Shown in pieces: positions 43,157 to 61,485 of a stretch of 64,000 nt of DNA (position 1 is its first letter; each line of letters opens with the position of its first letter). Under the pieces are notes generated by a model that worked only from the letters and a program-made list of their open reading frames with translations, was not told the DNA's origin and searched no databases. A program made the position numbers and the translations under genes. The stretch is from Blastocystis sp. Blastoise (Eukaryota; Protista; Bigyra: Opalinata). Where the stretch lies: assembly GCA_039096225.1 (NCBI GenBank), contig JBBPEB010000021.1, positions 434,001 through 498,000 of the forward strand, written 5' to 3'.

Positions 43157-43445
43157 TATGTTATGTCGTCTTCGATTACGATCACCTCAAGGAATGAAGA
43201 CAGTTTCTCTTCCTAAAACTTGGACTATATCACAATTATATGCATATACTGGGAAAATAGCTTTTCCTGAAAATAATAAACCTTTTTCTATAGCTGTTAA
43301 TAATAAGAAACTTAGTTTAGATGTATATATATATATATATATTATTATTATTATTATTTATTATTATATATTATCTATATAGGATCATTCTACGTTAGAA
43401 GACAATAAATTAAATGGAGTTGTTGTTTTTATTGAATATTTATAG
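40731..43445 (+). CDS. UBA-like / UAS / UBX-like p97 adaptor (UBXN7/Ubx5-like)
   Basis: N-terminal 'FIGIT.A....ANYYLEMADYDVNAAVSLYFE' is UBA-like. UAS 'AQESAKKQNKILLINIY DPSDF...NRSVF...SFIFCQ'. C-terminal 'CRLRLRSPQG' is a UBX/ubiquitin-like fold. Confidence 0.8.
41317..41820. repeat. Degenerate TTATTTATTA-type tandem repeat intron (~500 bp)
   Basis: Repeating unit that produces the YYLLFII pseudo-ORF, bounded by GT...AG. Confidence 0.9.
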
Positions 43446-43543
43446 TCTATAGTATATTTATATATATATATTTTGTGTTTTTTTATCAAGTTCTTAAATT
43501 TCAATGTATAATAAAAGTATGTTTTTTGTTTGTCTATAAGTTG

Positions 43544-43575
<32 letters not shown>

Positions 43576-43720
43576 TGCTAAAAAAATTACATGAAAGATC
43601 AAATAATGTAAAAAAATAATTTGTTATAAAAGACTTTAAAAAACTTATTAATAAAAATGTAATAATTGAATATATTTTATAATATTATTATATATATATA
43701 TATAAGGAAGAATACATAAA

Positions 43721-45667
43721 TTAATAATTCCATTTATATAAAGTAGGTAAAATAAGTCTATTAGAAGGATAATTTTCATATATAGTTTTATTATTTGGTT
43801 GATATATAGATGTTTCTAAATCAAAACTTTGACCAAATAAATGATCACCATCTTTTTCACGCTGATCCCATTTCGATAATAATGTCCCGTATCCACGTAA
43901 TATCTATATATATAATAGTATACATAATAGTATACATAATAGTATATATAATATAGAAATATATATACACTAATATAATCACTATATTCTTGAAGTTTTA
44001 ATTTATGTTGTTTTTCAAGAGATTTATAATTATCTACAGAAGTACGATATAATCCTTCAGAAGTAATAATTTGTTCTTCTTTAAATGAAATAAAAGCCAT
44101 ATATCCCAATATACGAGACATTTCTGTAGACTATATATATAAGTATAGATATGTATAATAATAATATATAATAATATAATAATATAATAATAATAAACAT
44201 TATTATAATAATAATTATCATATTACATATAAATAAATAAATATATTATATATATACTTGATTATCAACAACTTTTTCAGCAAGTTTCAGAGCTGATTTC
44301 AACATTTCACCACCTTCTTTTTTCATTCCTGTAAGAACAAGCATTTGTCCAAAATTTGTATATATATGAGAAACGAGAAGTATATCTCGAATTCTCTCTT
44401 TTGGAATAGTATTCTCAAGATCTATTCCTTGTAATACTACATATAATAAATATTTTTAATATAATAAATATTTTTAATATAATAAATATAATAAATATTT
44501 TTTAATATAATAAATCTTTTTAATGTAATAAATATAATAAATATAATAAATCTTTTTAATGTAATAAATATAATAAATATAATAAATAAAATAAATATAA
44601 TAAATATAATAAATATAATCAATATAATCAATATAATAAATATATAAACATACATAAATCTCTATACGAACATGCTTTCTTATATATACTCATAATCTCT
44701 TCTTCTTTCTCTTTATTTTTCATTTCTTTTTCTATTTCTATATTACTACTAATGCCTCTATATCTTTCATATTCTATACTAGCTAAATTATTATAATAAA
44801 TCATATTATAATAAGCAGGAAATGGTGATGTTGAAGCTATTGAAAGCATCTATATATATAACCATAATTAAAATCATAATATCATTAATAATAATAATAA
44901 TAATATACATATATATAATATATATAACCATAATTAAAATCATAATATCATTAATAATAATAATATATATATATATATATACATCATCATTATGAATAAA
45001 TAATTCTTTCTTATGGTCTTGACAATGATTTATATAATCAAATAATATATATGTAGAAAATAATTCTAAAGAGGCTTCTTTCTTTATATCTATTGATAAA
45101 CAATCATTTAATAATTGTTTTCCTTGATCAATTTCATTCTTTTCCACGAAAAAACGACTCATTGCAACTCGATTACCAATTTTTTCATGAATATTATCTT
45201 TATAAACAAAATAAGTATAATTCTATTAAAAATAATTATCTTTTTAATAAGATTTAAATATGTATAAAAAATATCCTTATAATTTCATCAAATTTACCTT
45301 GTTTTTCTCCATCAGCAAGAAGCGTCGGAATCATCTTCTTCATTTCATCCATTTTATTAGCTTCAAAATATGTCTCAAAGATATGACGATTCACAGCGTG
45401 AGACATAGGATTATGAGGACCACCAAAATTTTGAACAATATCTCCTACTCTGTTATATAATTGAAGAGCACTATCATAGGCACCTTTGGAACGAAATTGT
45501 CTAGCATCTTTCATTTCTTGAAATCCATTTTCTAATTCATTAGTAGCTTTTAATACTGGTGTCTCAGATAGTTGTTGGATTGTACTCATCATACGAATAG
45601 ATATTGATTTCGCATAAACAAGCTTTAATGAATTGAGTCCAAACTTATAAATAGTTTGCATCATCAT
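43721..45667 (-). CDS. Uncharacterised TPR-like helical protein with a probable mitochondrial presequence
   Basis: Basic, acid-free N-terminus ending SIRMMST. TPR-like helices (GAYDSALQLYNRV, YYNNLASIEY, YTNFGQMLV, SEGLYRTSVD). Last exon LRGYGTLLSKWDQREKDG...TAA at 43721. Confidence 0.65.
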
Positions 45668-45905
45668 GATAAATCTTTAATACAAAGAAAAAACAAATAA
45701 AGTCAATTTTTCTTTTCTTTTCTTTTCTTTCGTGGAACTTTATCAATTTTGTCGCCAAAAGGAGAAATAAATCCAAGAAAACAACTTTATTTAGTAGTGT
45801 TTATTTCTCGAATATTTCGTCGTTAAACAAAAGAATAGATCAAGTAGACCCAATTCAATATTCCTTAAACAAAAATCTTTAGGATCTCCATTATGAAAAA
45901 AACAA

Positions 45906-50576
<4,671 letters not shown>

Positions 50577-51164
50577 ATATCTGTTTTAATTAACTAATGT
50601 ATTTATTAAGATCAACAATAAAAATCATGTTATTGTTTGTCATTTTTCATTTTTCATTGTTTGTAGCACTTATTTGATGGTTATTTCCTATTTTTGTTTT
50701 TTTTAATTTATCATTTTTCAAATTATTTATTTAATTCAATTAAGATTAAAATAACGATGAATTTGTTTCCATATTTCATATCAATTTAGAGTAAAATATG
50801 AATTATATTCTTCAGTATTTGAAAATAATCCTAATTAAACAAGATAAAATACGTGTCACCCTTTTTCTATTAATTAGTTATGATCATCTATACGATATAG
50901 ATGAAAATGAAACAAAAGAAAAATGTTCATTTATTCACTTCATGTTATATAAAAATAAAAATCAAAATCATAATTCTTCTAAAACCTGTTATATCTTCAA
51001 CGCTCTATTTATATTGATTTTTAATGTTATTTTAATAGAAAAGTTTAAAACGATCTTTTTCTAAAAAGTATTTCTGTAAAATTTTGTTTTTATTTTTGAA
51101 AAAAATAAAAAATAATAATTTATTTTCTTCATATAAACATCTAAAACGTGTTTATTAACGTTGA

Positions 51165-51954
51165 ATGATGTTTAAGAGATATATTATTGTTGCTATTCTT
51201 TTGTGTATAACAATTTTAGCTGAGGAAGATGGATGTTTAAGTGACAAATTGTATGATATACATATATATGAATCTATATTATTAGTAAGGCAAGCATACA
51301 AGCAGGGCTAGGAACGAGAGTCTATTTATTCACACATCCAAAGACCAAAATGGTATGTTCTTTCTTATAATATTATGATATATTCTGTATATATAGACCT
51401 TCTCATTAGTACCATTTCGATCTGTTTCAGTGTCTACAAAAAATTCAGATAACACCAGTAATATGTTAATATATCAGTATTCTGAAACGGAAACATGTAG
51501 TGAACCATCAATTGTATGATATTATTATATATAATAAATATATTTATTTTTCTGTAGAATTCATATACAAGTATATTTACATATTATTCCGATTCTATTC
51601 AATATCCAACTATTCAAGTATTATAATATATGATTATTATATATATTATATTTTATTATATATATCTTATATATTGATTTTTATTATGTATTATTATACA
51701 TTATTCTTATATAATACTTATATACTACTATATATATTATTAAATAAAGGTTGAATATAAATGTTGTGACATATATTCCTGGTCAATGAGACCTTTAAAA
51801 GGAATAAATAAAATAATATCTACTGAATATAATACTGATTCTATTCATATTAATATGTGTACCTATTCTTTATGTGAGTATATATATGACTCAAATACAC
51901 CTCAAAAACCATTTTTTATACCCAAATTACCTCTTCAGATTCCTGTGAAAAATG

Positions 51955-51989
<35 letters not shown>

Positions 51990-53652
51990 GTTTTTTATTC
52001 TGCTCAGTTAATAATATATAAAATTATTAATTTTTTTAAAATAAATTATATATGTTATATTCATTATTTTTATTAAATATTTATTGTGTATATTCTATAT
52101 ATATATATATATATATATATAGGAAGACCGTTATTTATATATGAACAAAACTAAAGAAATGTTTTATTTTGGGTAATATATTCTATATATATTTATATTC
52201 TATATATATATAATCTATATATGTTTATTTTCTTTATATATATTTTATATATAGTATTCATTCTTATCTTCTTCATGCATTTCCCTCTTCGCAATTGGCG
52301 CCAATGACATGTGAATCTCACGTGTTTGATCCCTCTCCAATCCCCTTTTTAACGCTCATTGATTCGCTGGATACATATATAGTTATTCATGATTATGAAG
52401 GGTTTCGAAGAAATGTAGAGTTATTAGAGTATATATATATATTATTATTATATAAATATATATAAATATATATGTTATTATTATTATTATATAAATATTT
52501 ATATATTATTATTATTATATAAATATATATAAATATATATGTTATTATTATTATTATATAAATATTTATATATTATCTATATATTATGAATATTATTATA
52601 TATATATAGAGGTTTGAATAATTTTGATATTGATATAAATGTGAATGTGTTTGAGACAACGATTCGTGTTCTTGGAGGATTGCTAGCAGCACATTCACTT
52701 ATAATCAATAAAGATCTACACATATATAGTTCTATTTCTGTGTTACAATCTACTGAAGTTTATTATGTTCGTGACCGAGATAATAATTATAAATATAATA
52801 ATATATATACAAAAGTATATAAAGCTTATAAAAAAAACATAAAACGAGAAATTCGAGAAGCAGAAGCACGTGATAAGCGATCAATTAAAAACACTAAAAT
52901 ATATGCAGATACGTTTAAAGTATTATCAGAGCCAGCAAAAGAATCACCCTATGTATATAAGAATCATCTATTGGATCTTGCAGTCGATTTAGCCAATCGT
53001 TTGATGAAGGCGTTCGAATCCGTTACAAAGATCCCTTATGGTACTGTTAACTTACGTAATGGTGTTATTCCAGGAGTATATATAAATTTTATTTATTATT
53101 TATAATGAAAAATGTTTTATTCTATATTTATTATTTATAATGAAAAATATTTTATTATTTATATATTATTAGGAAACAACAGTTGTGTCTCTGGCTGGTT
53201 CCGGTAGTCTTCTATTAGAATTCGCTGAGTTATCAGTATTGACAAAAGATCTAAAGTATTATAAAGCAGCAAAAACAGCACTTGTTCAAATAATAACGAA
53301 TTCAAATGATATTGGTTTATATGGAAAACATTTGGATAATAAGAATAAACGATGGACTGAAGTATATATATATATATATATTTATTTTAATATAAACATT
53401 ATTATTATTTTAAATTATTCATTAAATATTAAATTTTATTATTATAATAATTATATATATTATGTTGTTAATATATATATATATATATAGATAACATCTT
53501 CTATTGGTAGTAATAGTGATAGTTTTTATGAATATTTATTAAAGGGGTATATATATACAAATGACCCTATATTATGGGACAGTTTTATACAATCATATTC
53601 AGCTATACAGACATATTCAAGAGTATATATAATAATAATTATTATTATTGTT

Positions 53653-53720
<68 letters not shown>

Positions 53721-56126
53721 ATTCTTCTCATTGGCATGGAATTGTGAATATGAAAATGCCGCGTCATATAACTAAATATTCTCATTCTCTTTCAGCATTT
53801 TTCAGCCAACTTCAGATAATGATGGGTGATTTATATAGTGCTAAAGAAACAATTGATTTATTTATGAATGTATATTTAAGGAATAATAATTATTTACCTG
53901 AACAATTTTCATTTCCTGAAGGTATCCCTTATCCCAAAGGAAATCAGTATATATATATATGTTATTATATTTATATTTATATTTATATTATATGTTATTA
54001 TATTTATATTTATATTTGAAAAAACATTTTGCTATTATACTTATACTTATTATACTTATTATTATTATACTTATTATACTTATTATTATTATTATATAGT
54101 TATTCTTTAAGACCCGAGTTAATAGAGAGCGTCATGTACTATGTAACGGCATCTAACGATACTCTTTATCAATATATAGCTCCTCTATATATAAATACTA
54201 TCGAATCAGCTAGAGTTAGAGTATATATATATATGTTATTTTTTTTTTATTATTATACTTATAATAGCATATTATTTTTATTTTTATACTTATTATCTTT
54301 ATTATTCTTATTCTTATTTTTATTATATTTATTAAACTCATTATATTTATTACTATACTTATATTTATTATTCTACTTATATCTATATATATACTAATGT
54401 ATATAGTGTGGTTATACTACTATACATAATGTTAATGACGGTCAACTCGAAAATGAAATGCCATCCTATGTATTAGCAGAAACAATCAAATATATATATC
54501 TTCTTCTCGATAATGTATATATATATATATTCTCAATGTTAAATGATACCTATATATATATATATATATATAGGATAATCCATTTATAACTTCACGATAT
54601 ATATATACAACAGAAGCTCATATAATAGATTTATATCAAATTGATAATCCTTATTTCTTTAAAGAAGTATATATATCTATATTTATTTATTATATATATA
54701 GACTGATGAACAGATATATAAAGAACTCCAATTTGGTTCTTCAGATTCCCGTGGGAATCAGTGCAATTCAATTTTTATATCAGATTCATTTTTAAAGAGT
54801 TATATGAATATGAATAATAATAATCTTTATAATAATAATTTTCCATTATATTGTCCAGTATATGATATATATTCTGAATATTATTTCAGTCAAATTAAAG
54901 ATAAAATAAATACGCCTTTTTCTACTTTATTTTATGATTATATAAAGAATATATATATAAATGAAAATGATACTCTTTTAATAGAGAAATTAAAACACCA
55001 ATTAATTCCCGTGAATAAACCTCAAAATGAATATTCGAGAACTCTATGGATTTCTCCAGAAATGATTGTGTCTCCATTATCGTTAGAATATCGTAAGGAA
55101 TTCAAACCGTTAAAAATGTTAAAGAATTATAATAATGAAACCATATATATATATTCAAATGACCATAATCATATATATGTACATAATCAAAAGTATATAT
55201 ATCTATTCTGTTTTTATTATACTAGGTGTTTCTTATATAAATATTTATATAATTATGTATATTATTAAAAATAAAACAAATATATTATATATATAGCAAA
55301 AATCAAACTTTTTTCTTTTTCTCAAAAAAAGAGCCAGTTCGATTTATGTTCCAAGATCCCTCACATACATATACACAATTATCTCTTATTCGTAATCAAA
55401 TCTATGATTGTTCGATATCATCATGTATATATATAATATATAATATATAATATATAATATATAATATATATTATATAGATACACATACCTATGCATGTAC
55501 TATTGTTTATAATCCTTTTTATTCTACATCTATAAGAGCATCACTAGTAGTTTTCCCCATTCAGTTATTTCCCGCCAATTCTTCATCTCCCGCCAATCAG
55601 ACTGATCCTCGATTAGGTAAGCTCTGTCATCCCCCGGATCCAAGATTAATACCCAATCATATTGCTGTATTAGTTACAAACACGTGCCCCTTGAAAGAAA
55701 CTCTTCTTTTTGTTTATGTATATATATATATATATTATTATTCGATATATATATATAAATATAATAAATATATAGAGAAATCGTGGAAAAATGTTAATAT
55801 TGATTGATCCTTTTTGTACAGATAATATGAATTATAAAACATATGAAATAATCTCTAGAACAGCAAATATTCCCGTGATTTTCATATGTGATTCCCAAGA
55901 ATTAGTATTCTATCGTTCTCTTCAATCTGGTATATATATATATTATATATATAATCTTTTACTATTTATATATAGATAGCGAGTTTACAATCGAATCTAA
56001 ACGAATTCAATTAGATTATAATGTATATATATATATATAATTCTTATACTCTATATAATATAGATAACATTAAGTAGCAATAATTTTATTCATATTCAAA
56101 ATGAACAATCAAATATTATTATATAA
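51165..56126 (+). CDS. EDEM-like GH47 alpha-1,2-mannosidase with an N-terminal MRH-like domain and a C-terminal PA-like domain
   Basis: Signal peptide, then [78 protein letters not shown] and TTEAH. PA-like [12 protein letters not shown]...LILID...IPVIFI. Confidence 0.9.
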
Positions 56127-56599
56127 TAATATATTATTATTTTATTATTGAATACATATTTATCCATTATATAACATATATATATTTACATCCTTAAATA
56201 ATGATTTGTTTGCTATATATATACAAAAATTTTATGACTATATTAATAAAAATATAATAACAATTTTATTCTTTCACTATGAGGCTCTCCCGTGAATCCA
56301 AAAAGGAAATCTATGCCTTTTGTAGCTTTAGACAATTTCAGTATTTTTCAGCTAGACAAACTACCCAAGAATGTTTATAAATTTTTGTTGGGTATTTAGT
56401 TTTTGTTTCTTTATGATAAATTCCCACGAATAAAAAAATAATTTTTATCATTCACTATCAGCGATTTCCAGGATTAAAAATGGCACTCTTTCCCATTTTT
56501 TGTCATTTATTTAATCGTTGTATGAATGATAATATAAAATTAGTATAACAAAAGACAATAAATAATAATATAATAATTAAAACAATAATAAAAATAGAA

Positions 56600-57115
56600 A
56601 AATAAGATTATTTTTGTTGATTTTGAGTCAATTGAGAAGTATTTTGGGTCACTATATATATATAAATGATAGCAATGATAATAATAATGATAATAAATAA
56701 ATATATACCTTCATACCCACTTGTAGAATACCCCTTGAAGAAAAACCACAACTATAAAAATATATTGAATAAAAAATAATATAATATAACAATATACCTT
56801 CAACCACCAAACAGACTAGACCAAGAGAGACCTCATGAAGGACCTAGAACCTATAAAAAAATAAACGTAGTTAATTTGAAAAAAATAAAATATAATAAAA
56901 TACCTTCAGAACCAGGGAGTTGTTGACCAAGGAGACCTACAACAACACCTGAACCTATAGAAGATGATAATAATAATAACAAAGAGAATGCTAAAAATAT
57001 ACACCTTTAATACCACTAGATTTCTGATCACCTGGACTCCACAGGTCATGAGTTAACTTTAAAAAACCACGACCAATTACGACCTATTTGTATCTATTTG
57101 GATAGACCAGTAAGC
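56600..57115 (-). ncRNA. Putative spliced, structured non-coding RNA (unit A), at least 5 exons
   Basis: GC-richer blocks 57115-57005, 56954-56904, 56850-56798, 56751-56709 and from 56651 are separated by AT-rich GT-AG introns. All four donors are AAG|GT. The spliced product has no ATG ORF longer than about 20 aa. The 3' end is approximate. Confidence 0.55.
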
Positions 57116-57895
57116 CTATATAGAATAAGATAAATAAAAAAATATTATATACATTTTATAATATATAAAATATAGTTGTAAATTAAATTAAATAAAAATA
57201 AATATGTGAAAAGATTTAATCTTAAAAACAAAGAGAAATTCCCCCTTCCAATTTATTTTTTGTATAATAAAGTTCTTTACAAAATCTGGGTTTCCAGGGG
57301 TTAAAACATTTTAAAATTTTCCCTTTTTCTCTTTTATAAAGTCTATTTGAATGTAAAATTGATTTATAAATGTATTATGTGTTTATGAACCTAAATTATT
57401 TTATTTCAACATGTTTAAGACTTATTAAAACAAAAATGTTGTTATTTTAACACATTATAATTCTAATTCAAAATATTTATCAGTTATATTATATCATAAT
57501 ATTTAATTTATAGAGTAAAGAGTATGAAGAATAAAAAAATATATATTTAATATAATTATTTATTAATATAAGAATTATAATTTATAAACTTTTATTTTAA
57601 ATATGTTTTATTAAAACGAATTATCGAATATTATAAGTGACTGAATAAAATTATTTTTTTGAAAGGTCATTAAGTTGCTTTAGACATAATAAAGAATGTA
57701 ATTTATTAAAATATAAAGTAGATTCATATTTTATCTCTTTCTTTCTATTATTTTAAAAGAATTCTATAAATATTATTATTGTTAAATACCACAAAACAAA
57801 AGGAGTAATATATAAATAATTAAAACATAAAAAATAGATAAAATAGATAATATATAGTATATATAGTAATATATCATTATAATATGAATATATAT

Positions 57896-57945
57896 TAAAC
57901 TTCTTTCTATCCTATATATACATGATTTTAAAACTAGATATAATT

Positions 57946-57976
<31 letters not shown>

Positions 57977-58091
57977 TGATATATTGATATAGTATTATAA
58001 ATGTATATATACATTGGAAAGTTATCATTTTTTAAATATACAAAATAAATTATCCAAAATTCTATATAATAATAATAATAAAATAATAATA

Positions 58092-58126
<35 letters not shown>

Positions 58127-58503
58127 ACATCATAACCATGTTCTCATAATCATGGTTATCAATAAGGGAAATAAAACACGGGTATTAAAGGAGGTATATA
58201 GTTGTATATATATTTGATATTTTGAATTTATAATAGATAATGGTTTTTTTCTGTAGTATGTATGGAATTGTGATACATATATATAATATAAATTGAGAAA
58301 TTCTCACGAAAAGTATTTCCCGTGATTATTGACCATAAAGACACACACCACTGTAGGAGGGAAGATAAACTATGGGATAACAGGACAACAGTATATAACC
58401 ACGGGAATAATTAGGTATATCCAGTATATTTAATAAGATAATCATGTGACGTTAGAAGTTGATAGAGAGATTCATATATCTATAGATTCTATATAATAAT
58501 AAT

Positions 58504-58556
<53 letters not shown>

Positions 58557-61225
58557 AAATTATCTAGTATATTCACATCATATTTTTCTTCTTTATTTGT
58601 GGTTTTCAGTCTATTACGAAGAAGAGAATATACATATTGAACATCAATAGCTCTATATTATACAGAATAATAATAATAAGAAACATAATAAATATAATAA
58701 ATATAATAAAACAATAATAAACATAACAAACATACAATGATCTTTTTCTTCTTCTCCTTTCCCTATATACCTAAACATATCTATCATTTCTTTTTTTTTC
58801 TTCTTTCCTGTTTCTTCTTCACTTTCAATTTCAACAGTATTCAGTATATGACTTAATCCATAAATTAGTTCTCTAGTAGGTTTTTCTTATCCTTCTCCTC
58901 TTTCTTTCTCTTCATAGTATTCATTAATCCTATTTCTTCTTCTTCATGTACTTCCATATCATCATCATCCATTAAATCATTTCCTGTATCTTTATATGCA
59001 CCTGTGAAATAATTAGTAGGAGGAGGAGGAGGAAAAGGAGGACTATATACTTCTTCTAGACTATTATGACTCATATTAAAGTAAATAGAATAAATATCAA
59101 TCTTTTTAATGTATGTAACTGAAGAGGTATATAAGAAGAAGGACAACGAGCTATTTGAATAATTTTTGCTATTCTTGTTAATAAGGTATATATCATATCA
59201 TGAGGAATGTAATTCAATTCATATATATATATATATAGACTTACTAATATTATTTCTCTTCTTTGTATTATATATAATAATATGATATAATATTATAGTA
59301 AGAAACGAGATAGTAAGGTATATAACTGAAATGGATTTCAGAGAAGGTTCAAAAGTATATAATAAATTGAAGAATGATTTATAACCATCATTTAAATATA
59401 TTGCATTCTTAAACCATGTTGTTAAGAAGTCTATAACAATACATAATAATAATAATAATATATATATATATATATATATACAAAGCTATATGATTTATAA
59501 AGTGGAATCAATGAGAATATCACGTGCTTTTCTTCATTTGATTCGGGAGTACAAATGCATCCTTAACGGAAAATAACTCACCAACTGTTTTCTATAATAA
59601 TAATAAGAATGCTATTATAATACATAATATATACAATAGAATTTCGAATAGAATCAGGAATAGGTTGTGATTCAGGCATATCATTTATATATAATACTAA
59701 CAATCTACTTAATACTTTAATACTCTATATATAATAAATAATATGAATATAAGTATATATATATACTTGTTCTGTACATATATCAACACTTGTATTTAAT
59801 AATAAAGTTTGTAAATATTCACGTTCTATACATAATAATAAGTGTAATTCTATATACATATATATATACGTTGATTAGGGATGAGAGGGAGGAGTTGACA
59901 TATAATGGTAGTTGCTTGAATGAATTCATATATACGGTTATTATGAACAGCTTCATAAAATATATCAATATCCTTATTTGTTAACTATATATATAAGAAT
60001 AAGAATATGTATATATATAATAATAAGAATAGAATAATAAGTGAATACAGGGATAACAGTGCATATATATTGAAGAAGAGAGAGAGACAATCGTAACGTT
60101 TCTGTATTTAAATACTGTCGGAATAACACATCTAATATATCTCTGTCTCGTATATATTGAACAAGTGATTTATAAATAGTGAATTTCTTTACCGTTTGAA
60201 GATCATTAAATAATGTAGTTAAATTTGTTATTCCCTATATATATATATATATATAATTATTATTATATACATCAATTTCATTTTTCATGTTTGATCTCAT
60301 CAACTTATATATATATATATTAATATATAATTTTTGATAATCATAAGGATGTTGATAAATTTTTCGTTTTTCAGCAAATTTCAGTGTATTTGTATATTCA
60401 TCAACATCAATTTGGCGTAGAAAATCACTTGGTAAAAATTTTAATAAACTATATATATAATAATAATAAATACACCATAATATATATATATACACCTTTC
60501 ATTACAAATAGTGTCAAGTGAAGGAAGAGAGTAACTATATATATATATATATATATATATGCTTAATTTATACATAGAGAATAAGTATTCAAACTATATA
60601 TATAATAATAATAATAACATAATATATATATATATATATACATCTTTTCCAAAGTCGATATCTGCCCATAATGATTGTAATACATTCATATATTCATATA
60701 AAGAGGTTTCAATAGCTTTATATAAAGAACTATAGGGTTTACAATAATATCGTTTATCTGTATATTCCTCGACAAATGATTTGAGTTCCGTACTGAGAAT
60801 GGGGTCCGTTGGAGGGGGATTGAGGGGAGTCACGAGACGATCACGTGCTGGAATTTCTTTTAGAATCGTATATGAACCTTGAGATAAATCAAAACTATAT
60901 ATAGGGTTGAATATAAATATAATAGAATATAATATATATGTATACATAAATGCTCTATTATCACTATTTCGTATAAGTGAATATGTATATTTATCAGAAA
61001 TGGGGGAGTAAGAAAGATCTATTATGGTATAAATCCTATATAATATATATAATATATATATATAATATATATACTGTTTGTCCTGATGATAATAAATAAG
61101 TAAATTCTTATCATGAGATGTATTGGTTAGTACAAGTGACGCATCTAGATGACGCTCCAGGTAAGGAAATGGCTCTACTCTATAATAATATATAATATAT
61201 AATATATGTATAATAATAAATAACA

Positions 61226-61263
<38 letters not shown>

Positions 61264-61393
61264 CAACTTGAATATCTTCTAATCCATAAATATCTGCTTG
61301 TGTATATCCATCTTAATAAACTCTGTATATATTCTTATATATACCTCTCTCTTCAAAGAAATCAAGCACTATTCCCGTGATTCTAAAGATATT

Positions 61394-61429
<36 letters not shown>

Positions 61430-61485
61430 TAATTATCATTAACATAAATAGACATATAGAGACCAATATCCTTTGTAAAATCAGT
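57896..61485 (-). pseudogene. Multi-exon gene of unknown helical protein with a frameshifted/stop-containing 3' half and no clear start
   Basis: Exons from about 61380 to 59580 splice in frame. Downstream, coding-like blocks (59430-59290, 59220-59075, 59074-58865, 58480-58125) do not join in frame and contain stops. May be decay or assembly error. Confidence 0.55.

Noticed and set aside
45190-45300. Possible AT-AG or GA donor in intron 1 of the TPR-like gene (AGG|ATATTT...TAATAG)
   Set aside because: A canonical in-frame alternative exists (CAAG|GTAAAT...TATAAAG|AT), and there is no homology to decide between them.
56709-56850. TGA read-through or selenoprotein reading of unit A exon 3
   Set aside because: The frame is inconsistent with the upstream exon, and there is no start codon or recognisable SECIS or selenoprotein motif.
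57005-57115. U1 snRNA resemblance (GCUUACUGG)
   Set aside because: It lacks ACUUACCUG, the U1A loop and a properly placed Sm site.
59221-59244. A fourth GT...AT intron candidate (GTAAGT...TATAT|GAA)
   Set aside because: It is 24 nt, in frame and stop-free, so it may simply be read through. It also lies in the degraded region.
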